64,000 nucleotides of DNA, taken from contig CAVSGM010000003.1 in assembly GCA_963727485.1 (NCBI GenBank), forward strand, positions 640,001 to 704,000, in the 5' to 3' direction. The DNA comes from an uncultured delta proteobacterium (lineage in GTDB: Bacteria > Myxococcota > Myxococcia > SLRQ01). Positions 30,027 through 39,195 of this stretch are shown here, piece after piece (position 1 is the first letter of the stretch; the number at the start of each line of letters is the position of its first letter). The position numbers and the translations under genes are program-made. The notes under the pieces were generated by a model. It was given only the letters and a program-made list of their open reading frames with translations. It was not told where the DNA came from and ran no database searches.

Positions 30027-31367
30027 GTGCCCAAGAAGCACAACGGCAAGCACAGCGGCACGGCCCACCACCCGAGCGAGTCGGAGATCGTCTACGACTG
30101 GAACAAGCTCGACGTGGTGGCGCCGCTGACCCGGGGGCCGGTCGAGTTCTTCGACGAGACCCTCCGGGACGGCATCCAGTCGCCCTCGGTCACCGACCCC
30201 ACCATCGAGGACAAGCTCGAGCTCCTCCACCTGATGGACCGCCTCGGCATCGACGCCGCGGACATCAGCCTCCCCGGCGCCGGCAGGCGCGCGGTGGAGG
30301 ACACCATCGTGATGTGCGAGGAGATCGTCCGGTCCAAGCTGAAGCTGAAGCCGGCCTGCGCCGCCCGGACGGTGGTCAAGGACATCGAGCCCATCGCCGA
30401 GATCAGCCAGAAGGTCGGCATCCCCCTGGAGGTCTACGCCTTCATCGGCTCCAGCCCCATCCGCCAGTACGCCGAGGACTGGGACCTGGACCGGATGCTC
30501 AAGGCCAGCAGCGACGCCATCGACTTCTCGGTGGCCCACGACCTCCCGGTGGTCTACGTCACCGAGGACACCACCCGCAGCGCCCCCTCGACCCTCGATC
30601 GGCTCTTCCGCAACGCCATCGACCACGGGGCCACGGCCCTGTGCCTCTGCGACACCGTGGGCCACGCGACGCCGGACGGCGTGCGCCGGCTCATCCACTG
30701 GACCCGCGACCTCATCCGGGGCCTGGGCGTCGACGTGCGCATCGAGTGGCATGGCCACAACGACCGGGGCCTGGGGGTGGTCAACGCCATCTTCGCCGCC
30801 GAGTACGGGGCCAAGCGCGTCCACGGCACCGGGCTCGGGGTCGGCGAGCGGGTGGGCAACGCGGCGATGGACCAGCTGCTGCTCAACTTCAAGCTCCTCG
30901 GCGCCATCGACAACGACCTCACCGACCTCCTGCTCTACGCCCAGTCGGTGAGCCGGGCCTGCAAGGTGCCCATCCCCTACAACTACCCGCTCGCCGGCTC
31001 GGACGCCTTCCGCACCGCGACCGGCGTCCACGCCGCGGCCATCATCAAGGCCGAGACCAAGGGCGACGCCTGGCTCGCCGACCGCATCTACTCCGGCGTC
31101 CCCGCCAGCGAGTTCGGCAAGGTCCAGGAGATCGAGATCGGCCACTACTCGGGGCTCTCCAACGTGCGCTACTGGCTGCGCCAGCGGCGGCTCCCCGAGG
31201 ACGAGGCGCTCATCGAGGCCATCTTCGAGCGCGCCAAGGGCGGCAACCGGGTGCTCACCGAGGACGAGGTGATGGCGGTGGTCAACCGTCACCTCGGGGA
31301 GGCGACGGGTCGGAAGGGTGGTGCCCGCAGGCCCACCGACCCGGGGGCGGAGGCGGGGCGGCACTGA
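30027..31367 (+). CDS. leuA: LeuA-family DRE-TIM metallolyase (2-isopropylmalate synthase-like, no C-terminal regulatory domain)
   Basis: DETLRDGIQ, DTVG, HGHNDRG, GVGERVGN, GVHAAAI; 446 aa. Confidence 0.75.
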   Translation: MPKKHNGKHSGTAHHPSESEIVYDWNKLDVVAPLTRGPVEFFDETLRDGIQSPSVTDPTIEDKLELLHLMDRLGIDAADISLPGAGRRAVEDTIVMCEEIVRSKLKLKPACAARTVVKDIEPIAEISQKVGIPLEVYAFIGSSPIRQYAEDWDLDRMLKASSDAIDFSVAHDLPVVYVTEDTTRSAPSTLDRLFRNAIDHGATALCLCDTVGHATPDGVRRLIHWTRDLIRGLGVDVRIEWHGHNDRGLGVVNAIFAAEYGAKRVHGTGLGVGERVGNAAMDQLLLNFKLLGAIDNDLTDLLLYAQSVSRACKVPIPYNYPLAGSDAFRTATGVHAAAIIKAETKGDAWLADRIYSGVPASEFGKVQEIEIGHYSGLSNVRYWLRQRRLPEDEALIEAIFERAKGGNRVLTEDEVMAVVNRHLGEATGRKGGARRPTDPGAEAGRH

Positions 31368-31417
31368 ACGCCCCATCGCCGTGAACTGGACGCGGGCTGA
31401 AGGACGGAGGTCGGGCC

Positions 31418-31633
31418 ATGACTGCAGGGCCGAACGAGTTCACGGGCGTGAAGCTCTTCTCCACCACCCTCGCCAGGGACCGGGAGGTCATGGGCGAGAC
31501 GGTGACCCGGTGGCTCAAGGAGCACCCGGGCATCGAGATCGTCGACAAGATCCTCACCCAGTCCTCCGACCGGGAGTTCCACTGCGTGGCCCTCACCCTC
31601 TTCTACCGGGAGAAGGATCCCGGAAAGAAGTAG
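31418..31633 (+). CDS. Small conserved hypothetical protein (71 aa)
   Basis: GGAGG RBS. FTGVKLFSTTLARDRE...VTRWL...TQSSDREFHC looks like a small protein family recurrent in myxobacteria. Confidence 0.75.
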   Translation: MTAGPNEFTGVKLFSTTLARDREVMGETVTRWLKEHPGIEIVDKILTQSSDREFHCVALTLFYREKDPGKK

Positions 31634-31640
31634 CCCGCCG

Positions 31641-32489
31641 ATGAATCCGCAGGGCATGGGCGGGGGCCAGGGGCCCCTGGGGATGATGCTCACCCCCTGG
31701 GTGAAGCGTCTGATGATCGCCACCGGGGTGCTCTCGGTCATCGGGGGCGTGGCGATGGCGTGGATGCACTCGCCGGCGCCCCTCTACTTCGTCCTCGAGC
31801 CGGCGGCGGTCTACGGGCGGGGCGCGGTGCTGCCCGGCATCCCGGCCATCTGGCAGCTGTTCACCTACCCCTTCTTCGCCCTCGAGCCGTTGGGCCTCAT
31901 CTTCGGGCTCCTGCTCTACGGCTGGTTCGCCGGGGCCCTCGAGGACTGGTGGGGCTCCAAGCGGTTCCTGCGCTTCTTCCTCATCGTGAGCATCGGGGCC
32001 GCGGTCCTCACCACGCTCCTCTCGCTGGTGTGGCCGGCGCTGGCGGGGGCGCGGATCATGGGCCCCTACCCGGTCCTCGAGGGGCTGGTCATCGCCTGGG
32101 GCCTCACCTTCCCCCGGCAGTCGGTCTACCTCTTCTTCGTCCTCCCGGTGCAGGGGATCCACCTCGTCTACCTCACGGTGGGCGTGGTGGTGGTCTACAT
32201 CCTCTTCAGCGGGCAGCTCGCGCCGTTCATGCCCCAGATCTTCGGCATGGCGCTGGGGGCGGTCATCGTCACCGGGGTGTGGAAGCCGCGGTTCCTGGTG
32301 CTGCGGTGGCGGAAGTTCAAGGTCGAGCGCGAGCTCGAGCAGGAGCGCCGGCGCCGCAAGAGCCGGGTCTCCAAGGCCGACCACCTCCGGGTCATCGACG
32401 ACGAGGACAACGCGGACGACGAGGACGACGGTGGGCCGAAGCCGCCCCGCCGGGGCAACGGGGCCCCGGACGGCGGCTGGCTGAACTAG
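31641..32489 (+). CDS. Rhomboid-like membrane protein (probably catalytically inactive)
   Basis: WQLFTYPF, LEDWWGSKRFLRFF, 6 TM segments. GPYP sits where GxSG is expected and no TM6 His is evident. Confidence 0.75.
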   Translation: MNPQGMGGGQGPLGMMLTPWVKRLMIATGVLSVIGGVAMAWMHSPAPLYFVLEPAAVYGRGAVLPGIPAIWQLFTYPFFALEPLGLIFGLLLYGWFAGALEDWWGSKRFLRFFLIVSIGAAVLTTLLSLVWPALAGARIMGPYPVLEGLVIAWGLTFPRQSVYLFFVLPVQGIHLVYLTVGVVVVYILFSGQLAPFMPQIFGMALGAVIVTGVWKPRFLVLRWRKFKVERELEQERRRRKSRVSKADHLRVIDDEDNADDEDDGGPKPPRRGNGAPDGGWLN

Positions 32490-32508
32490 GCGCCTCGGCG
32501 GCGGCGGG

Positions 32509-35097
32509 TCAGGCGACCCGGCGCCGGCGCATCGCCATGAGGCCCAGGAGGATCAGCGCCGGGATCACCGCGTCGGCGGGGCTCCCGGTGGACGCGTCGC
32601 AGCTGCAGCCGCCGGCGGTCTTCACCGTCACGTGGATGATGGCGTCGCCGAGCTTGGTCCCACTGGCGTCGTAGGCGGTGGCGGTGATGGTGTCCTTTCC
32701 CGGCTTCAGCTCGAGGTTCGCCGAGAACGCGCCCTCGGCGCCGAAGGTCGCCTGGACGCCGTTGACCTTCACCCGGTCGGCGCTGCCGTAGCTCACGGTG
32801 CCGGCGACCAGGACCTTGACCTGGTTGAGGACGTCGCCGTCGGCGGGGAAGGAGATGTCCACCGCGCCACCGCCGGTGTTCGAGCCCGGGGTCAGGGCCA
32901 CCTCGAGGGCCTGGCGCTGGCCGGGGACCACGGTCACCGAGCCCTCGAAGGCCTGGTAGCCGTCGGCGGTGATGCTCACCGGGAAGGTGCCGGCGGGCGT
33001 GTCCACCGAGAACTTGCCGTCGGCGCCGGTCTGGGCCTGCTGCTGCTGGCTCCCGGTGCCCACGGTGACGCTGGCGCCCTGGAGCACCGCGCTCTTGCCC
33101 TGGGTGGCGTCGTAGACCAGGCCGTCCACGCCGGTGACCTGGCCGGTGTAGGTGACGGTGACGCTGGCCTTGCCCACGTTGCCGGCGGCGTCGGTGGCGG
33201 CGACGGTGATCTTGTTGTCCCCGGGCTTGAGGGAGAAGGGCACGCTGAAGCCACCCTTGCTCAAGGTGGCGGCGGCGCCGTTGACGGTGAGGTCGCTGAT
33301 CGCCGACTGGTCGGAGACGGTGCCCACCACCTGCACGTCGGGGAGGTCGAGGACGGCGCCGTCGCTGGGCGCGGTGATCACCACGGTCGGCGGGGTGGTG
33401 TCGGTGGTGCCCCCGGGCTTGAGCACCATGGTCGAGCCCCAGCTCACCGCGCCGGTGGTCACCGTCACCGGGTTGGGCCGGTCGTTGGCGAGGTAGCCGG
33501 TGGCCGCGGCGTGGACGGTGTAGGTCCCCGGTGCCAGGCTGATCTGGTAGTAGCCGCTGGAGTTGGTGGTGATGCTCCTGCCGCCGGGGCTGAAGCTCAC
33601 CGTGGCGCCGGCGAGGCGCTTGCTGGTGTCGGTGAGGTTGGTGTTGTAGTCGCTCTGCTGGTTGCCCCAGAACACGAAGCCCTTCACGGTGCCGCTGGAG
33701 CTGGTGTCCTGGGCGAGCATCACGCTGCCCCAGCTGGTGGTGCCCGCGGAGACGGTGACGCTCTTGGAGGCGGTCTGGTAGCCGCTCTTCGAGGCGGTCA
33801 CCTTGTAGGTCCCCGGCGCCAGCGTGAAGGTGTAGATGCCGTTGGCGTCGGTGGTGGTCGACTTGCCGTTGTCGAGCTTCACGGTGGCGCCGGAGATGCG
33901 CTTGGCCGGGTCGCTCTTGTCGGTGTTGAAGTCGGTGCCCCAGAAGATGGCGCCGGTGAGGGTGCCGGTGCTCGAGGTGCCGCCGCCGCCCTGGACCAGG
34001 CTCATGTAGTACGACCAGTTCCAGTACTTGCCCGGGTCGGTGTGGGTGTTGCAGTCGGAGAGGTCGACGTGGCCCTTGAAGCCGCGCGCCGACGAGGGGC
34101 CGCCCTCGGGGCCGGCGTGGTGGTACTTGGGGATGCCGTACTTGTCGGCGAGCCACCGGCCCAGCGCCGCCGAGGCCTTGTACATGGCGGCGGTGTAGGC
34201 GTTGGGATCGCTGACGTAGCCCTCGTGCTCGATCCCGATGGCCCAGTCGTTCCAGCAGCGGGCGTGCCAGGCGGTGTCCTTGTCCTGCACCATCTGGGTG
34301 ACCTCGCCGCCCTTGCTCACCACGTAGTGGGCCGAGACATTGGACGAGGGGTTCTTGAACCAGCTGATGGCGCCCAGGTAGCTGCCCTGGATGGTGTGGA
34401 TGACGATGGTGCGGATGTGGCCGCCGCTCCCGGAGCGGCCGACCCGGTAGTTCGAGGGGTCGGCGGGGCGCCAGATGGCGTTGGGGTAGTCGGGGGTGAG
34501 GTAGTCCTCGTGGGTGGTGAACATCAGGTTGCCCTGGATGTTCACCGGGCTGGGGGTGAGGTGCACCACCACCCCGTCGGCGAAGAGCTTCCGGGTGCCC
34601 AGCTGCAGGGCCTGGTAGACGCCCTTGGCGTAGGACTCGGCGAGATCGGGGTCGTCGTAGCCCGAGTAGCGCTCGAGCACTTCGAACCAGTCGGAGAGCA
34701 CCTTGGGGTTCCGGCTGGGGTACTCGGCGAAGTAGTGGTCGGCGACGTGCCGGAGGACGGCGGCGGCGCCCTGGATGTTGGCCGTCGGGTCGTGCTCCAG
34801 GGCGTCCAGGGGCAGGCCGGTGAGGCGGTGGGCCTCCTGGAGGGTCGAGCCGTCCTTGAGGTTCATCAGGCCGTAGCCGCCCTCGATGTTCCGGTGGGGC
34901 GGCATGAACCAATGGCTCTCCTGCCAGCCGATGGCCTCGAGGAGGCGCTGGGGGACGCCCTGGTGGGCGGCGGCGTCGCGAAAGGCCGCGGAGATGGTCG
35001 CGCCGTCCTGGCCGGGGTGGGCCGGGCCACCGCATGCGGCGAGGGCCGCGGTCAGGGCCGCGCAGGCGAGTACGAGTGGGAGCCGTCGAGTGGCCAT
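32509..35097 (-). CDS. Lipoprotein peptidoglycan hydrolase: lysozyme/SLT-like + Amidase_2 + carboxypeptidase-regulatory/Ig repeats + MYXO-CTERM
   Basis: LAAC lipobox; QESHW...GYGLMNL...NIQGAA; IVIHT, SAHY, AWHA, IGIEHEG, HTDPG; ends GGCSC...LILLGLMAMRRRRVA. Confidence 0.88.
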   Translation of the reverse strand: MATRRLPLVLACAALTAALAACGGPAHPGQDGATISAAFRDAAAHQGVPQRLLEAIGWQESHWFMPPHRNIEGGYGLMNLKDGSTLQEAHRLTGLPLDALEHDPTANIQGAAAVLRHVADHYFAEYPSRNPKVLSDWFEVLERYSGYDDPDLAESYAKGVYQALQLGTRKLFADGVVVHLTPSPVNIQGNLMFTTHEDYLTPDYPNAIWRPADPSNYRVGRSGSGGHIRTIVIHTIQGSYLGAISWFKNPSSNVSAHYVVSKGGEVTQMVQDKDTAWHARCWNDWAIGIEHEGYVSDPNAYTAAMYKASAALGRWLADKYGIPKYHHAGPEGGPSSARGFKGHVDLSDCNTHTDPGKYWNWSYYMSLVQGGGGTSSTGTLTGAIFWGTDFNTDKSDPAKRISGATVKLDNGKSTTTDANGIYTFTLAPGTYKVTASKSGYQTASKSVTVSAGTTSWGSVMLAQDTSSSGTVKGFVFWGNQQSDYNTNLTDTSKRLAGATVSFSPGGRSITTNSSGYYQISLAPGTYTVHAAATGYLANDRPNPVTVTTGAVSWGSTMVLKPGGTTDTTPPTVVITAPSDGAVLDLPDVQVVGTVSDQSAISDLTVNGAAATLSKGGFSVPFSLKPGDNKITVAATDAAGNVGKASVTVTYTGQVTGVDGLVYDATQGKSAVLQGASVTVGTGSQQQQAQTGADGKFSVDTPAGTFPVSITADGYQAFEGSVTVVPGQRQALEVALTPGSNTGGGAVDISFPADGDVLNQVKVLVAGTVSYGSADRVKVNGVQATFGAEGAFSANLELKPGKDTITATAYDASGTKLGDAIIHVTVKTAGGCSCDASTGSPADAVIPALILLGLMAMRRRRVA

Positions 35098-35134
35098 GCT
35101 GCCTCCAGGGGTCGAAGCCGAGGAGCCAGACAAC

Positions 35135-35149
35135 GCATCCCACGTGCCA
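35135..35149 (-). promoter_or_regulatory. Putative sigma54 (-24/-12) promoter for the amidase gene
   Basis: Minus strand TGGCACG-TGGG-ATGC versus consensus TGGCACG-N4-TTGC, about 40 bp upstream of the start. Confidence 0.6.
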
Positions 35150-35307
35150 GGGCAGGGCGCACCTTGCCATCCGCAACTGACCGGAATCACAGGGGGTGAA
35201 TCGGTCCGGGGTGTCGCCCTTGACGACGCCCCCCGGCAAACTGTCGCGTGCATGGACAGTCGGCCGTAATGGTGCGTTACGTTCTGCGCCCGGGAGGGTG
35301 CGACCGA

Positions 35308-38300
35308 TCAGCCGGAGACGATCTTGCCACCGTGGTGGTAGACGAAGATCCGGGAGACGTTGGTCCGGGCCGGGTCCTCGGGCGTGAGGAAGAAGCCCGG
35401 GGCGCCCTCCTGGGGGTCGTCGGCGAAGCCGCGGATCTCCCGGCCGGTGGGGAAGCGGACCACCACCCGCCGGCCCTGGGGCGGGCGGGGCCGCTCGCCG
35501 GGCTCGAGGACGAAGAACACCGCGGAGATCTGCTCGATGGGCACCGGCTCGGCCGCGCCGCCGGCCATGGGCTGCACCGCGACGGCCGCGGCCTCGAGGT
35601 CGGCGTCGTGGAGCCGGCCGCGCTTGGCCTGGCCCTGCATGGTGTGGACGACGACCCGGTGGTCCCCGGCCACGAAGGCGGTCGCCCCGAGCGCCTCGCC
35701 GAAGGCGGCGCTGCCCGCCTCGAAGGGCACGTCGTCCTCGATGATCTCGCCGCGGACCACCGGTGTCGCGTCCGCCTCGGGCGCAGGCGGCCGGACGGGG
35801 ATCCCGTAGGCAGGCGTCGGCGTAGGTCGCTGGGCGAAGCCCGGCGGGACCGCCGCCGGCGGGGGCGGTGCGGGCGGGGGCGGCATCGGCGGTGCGGGCG
35901 GGGGCGGCGGCGCGGCCTGGGGCGGCGGCGCGGCCTGGGGCGGCGGCACGGCCTGGGGCGGCGGCGCGGCCTGGGGCGGCGGCGCGGCCTGGGGCGGCGG
36001 CACAGCCTGGGGCGGCGGCGCGGCCTGGGGCGGCGGCGCGGCCTGGGGCGGCGGCGCGGCCTGGGGCGGCGGCGCGGCGTCTTCGCCGAAGTCCTCGATG
36101 AGGAAGTCGTCGGGCGCCAGCTCCTCGATGGGCTCGAGCCCCTCGGTGGAGAGGTTCACATCGATGTCGTCGTCGGTGGTGTCGAAGGGCGTGGGGAAGG
36201 CGGTGGACCCGAAGGGTGAGTCTGCGGGGAGCCCGAGGGCCGCCTCGTCGACGATGACCCCGGGGACCGGCTCCGCCTCGGCGACCAGAATCCTCGACGC
36301 CGACGTCCACGTCGATGTCGTCGTCGGTCTCCGCCTCGTCCGCCGCAGCGGCCCGGTCGGCGTTGGGATCGAAGAACACGCCCCCAGCCGGCTCGAAGGG
36401 CGGGGCGTCGGGCACCTGCCAGCTGTCGCCTTGCACCGGGGCAGGCTCGACGGCGGGCGGCTCCGGGGCGGCGGGCTCGGGGGTGGCGGGCGCGAAGGCC
36501 GCCGGGTCCCAGGCCGCCGGGTCCTCGGCCGCAGGCGGCGCGGGCTCGGGTGCTGGCGGCTGCAGCTCGTCGGCGCCCACTTCCTCGCCGCCGAGATCCG
36601 ACAGGTCCCAGGCCTCGGCTGCGTCCAGGGGTGCCGGCTCGGTGGCCTCCGTCGGCGCCGAGGGCACGGCGGCGTCGGATTCTGTCGGCACCAGCTCCGC
36701 CGGCGCGAAGGCTGCGGGATCCCACGCCTCGACCTCGGCCCCCACCTCCGAAGCGGCGGGCGCGGCGTCCGCGGGGGTGAGCGCCACCGGGTCCAGGGCT
36801 TCCGGCTCGGGCGCAGGCTCGGGCGCGGGCGCGGGCTCGGGCGGTGCGGCCTCGAGCCCGGCGAGATCCCAGCTCTCGGTGGCAGGCGGCTCGACCGGGG
36901 CTGGTGGCAAAGGCGCAGGCGGATCGGCGGCCGCCTCGGTCGGGGTGACCTCCTGCGCCCCCAGGTCCCAGGCCTCGGGTGCAGGGTCGGTGGCCGGCGC
37001 CGGAGGGGCTCCCTCGGGCGCCGCGGCCTCCCCCCAGGCACCCGTGTCCCAACTCTCGGCCGCGGGCGGCCCGGCGTCAGGGGGCTCGGCCGCCGGGGCG
37101 TCCGCGCTGTCGGCGCCGGTGTCCTGGTTGGCCTCGGCGGCCATGTCCAGGAAGTCGGCGGCGTCGTTGGAGATCTGCATCTCCCCGTCGTCGTCGCCGA
37201 CGTCGAGCTCGATGGGGGCCACCGGCTCGGCAGGCGCCGGCGGCGTCCCGGTGGCGTCCTCGGGTTGCGTCCCGATCGCCGGGCCCTCGCCGAGGGTGTT
37301 GGCGTGGTCGGTCTCGCCCTCGGTCGCGGCGGCTTCGGCCGCCGCGGCCTCCTGGGCCGCCGCGCGCGCCGCGGTGTCCCGGTTGGCCTCGGCGGCCATG
37401 TCCAGGAAGTCCGCCGGGCTCGCGGTGAGGGTCATCGGCGCGACGTCGTCGGGCATCTCCGGGCCGAGCTCGAGGGCCTCGGGCTCGGCGGGTGGCGCGG
37501 GCTCCTCTGCCGGCACCGGGAGGGGACCGGCCTCCACGGGCGCGGCCTCCTCGCCCCAGGCCGCGTCGGCGGGAGCGGCGGCGGCGAGCGGCGTGTCCTC
37601 GGTGGCCGCCGGCGGCGCGTCGGCTGCTGGAGGCGTGGCATTCGCCTCGGCGGCCATGTCCAGGAAGTCGGCGGCGTCGCGGGAGACGGGAACCGCGTCG
37701 GGCTCCGGCGCCTCGTCGGTCACCTCGGCCAACCCCAGGAACTCCCCGGCCGAGTGGGTCACCTCGAGAGCGGGGACATCGCCCGCGGCCTCGGTCTCGT
37801 CGGCGGTGCCGATGAACGCGCCGGTGTCGTGGGTGATCTCCATGGGCCCCGGGTCCTGGGCGAGGGTCGCGAGGGGGGCATGCTCGGTCTCCGGGGTCAC
37901 CTCGTCCGTCGCCCAGGCTGCGGGGCTCTCCACGTCGGGCAGCTCGGGCTCCGGCGGCGGGGCGTACGACGCCGAGGTCGGGAGCCCAGGGTCGGCGGCG
38001 GCCGGCGCCGGCGGCGCGGGCGCGGGCGCCGGCGGCTCGGGGGCGGGGGGCGCGGCCTCGACGGGCGGCTCGGGCGCAGGCGCCGGCGGCTCGGGGGCGG
38101 GGGGCGCGGCCTCGACGGCCGGCTCGGGCGCGGGCGCCGGCGGCACGGGCGCGAAGGGAGCGGCCTCGACGGGCGGCTCGGGCGCAGGCGCCGGCGGCTC
38201 GGGGGCGGGGGGCGCGGCCTCGACGGGCGGCTCGGGCGCAGGCGCCGGCGGCTCGGGGGCGGGGGGCGCGGCCTCGACGGGCGGCTCGGGCGCGGACGCC

Positions 38301-39039
38301 GGCGGCTCGGGGGCGGGGGGCGCAGCCTCGACGGGCGGCTCGGGCGCAGGCGCCGGCGGCTCGGGGGCGGGGGGCGCAGCCTCGACGGGCGGCTCGGGCA
38401 CAGGCGCCGGCGGCTCGGGAGCGAAGGGCGCGGCCTCTACGGGCGGCTCGGGCGGGGGGCGCGAAGGCGCCGGGTCCGGCGCGGGGCCCGGCCGCAAGGG
38501 CGCGGCCTCGAGGGGCGGCTCGCGGGCACAGGCGCCGGCGGCACGGGCGCGAAGGGCGCGGCCTCGACGGGCGGCTCGGGCGCGGGCGCGAACGGCGCCG
38601 CCTCGGTCGCCGACGGGCCGAAGCTGCTGGCGAACCCGGCATCGAGGGCGGCGTCGAGATCGTCAGCCCCCGCGAGGAGGTCCGCGGCCGAGGGCTGGTC
38701 CATCCCACCGGCGGCCGCCTCGGCGCTGGGCGCCTCGGCGTCGGGCGCCTCGACCTCGTCGAGGCTCATGAGCGCGTCGTCGTCGACGAAGGGCACGTCG
38801 TCGTCGTCGTCCGCGGGGCCGAAGGGCGAGCCGGGGATGTCCCCGGAGAAGGCCGAGGCGCTCGCCGGCCCCCCGGGCTCCACGTACGTGCCCGGCGGGG
38901 GGATGCCCTCGGGGAAGTTCGCGTCGAGGTAGGCCTTGAGCTCCTGCCAACGCGCGGTGCCGGCGCCGTCCAGAACGCCCTGCACCCGCTGCTGCTCCAA
39001 GAAGTCGAACTCGCGCAGGACGTCCCGCAGACCACTCAT
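35308..39039 (-). CDS. Very large acidic Pro/Ala/Glu-rich disordered protein with a C-terminal DUF6982-like domain (frameshifts near 38520 and 36290)
   Basis: Three ORF pieces join up: MSGLRDVLREFDFLEQQR..., a long acidic linker, and C-terminal VAGDHRVVVHTMQGQAKRG...GFFLTP...RIFVY. Confidence 0.75.
35899..36078 (-). repeat. 18-bp tandem repeat encoding A(A/V)PPPQ, about 9-10 copies
   Basis: GGCGCGGCCTGGGGCGGC units read directly in the sequence. Confidence 0.92.
38020..38590 (-). repeat. 54-bp tandem repeat encoding PEPPVEAAPPAPEPPAPA, 8 clear copies plus about 2 degenerate
   Basis: Repeated gcctcgacgggcggctcgggcgc units; visible in the ORF translation. Confidence 0.92.
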
Positions 39040-39195
39040 GCTGGAGGCACTCCTTGCACCACTGAACCGCGCCGACCGGGGGGAAAGGGACGCGACGACA
39101 GCGACTGCCGCATGTCCGCATGGTAGCAGCGGGCAAAGCGGCGCTTCAAGGCGTCAGGCGCCCAAAATGCCAAGGTTTTTCGCCCGGGAGGGCCC

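Noticed and set aside
32486..38497. 2003-aa ORF in the track
   Set aside because: It is a chimera: only 38497 to about 36290 is real coding sequence, and the rest is out-of-frame read-through after a frameshift, overlapping the amidase.
35899..38590. Tandem repeats as a possible CRISPR array
   Set aside because: Unit lengths are multiples of 3 and encode Pro-rich peptide. There are no unique spacers and no cas genes.
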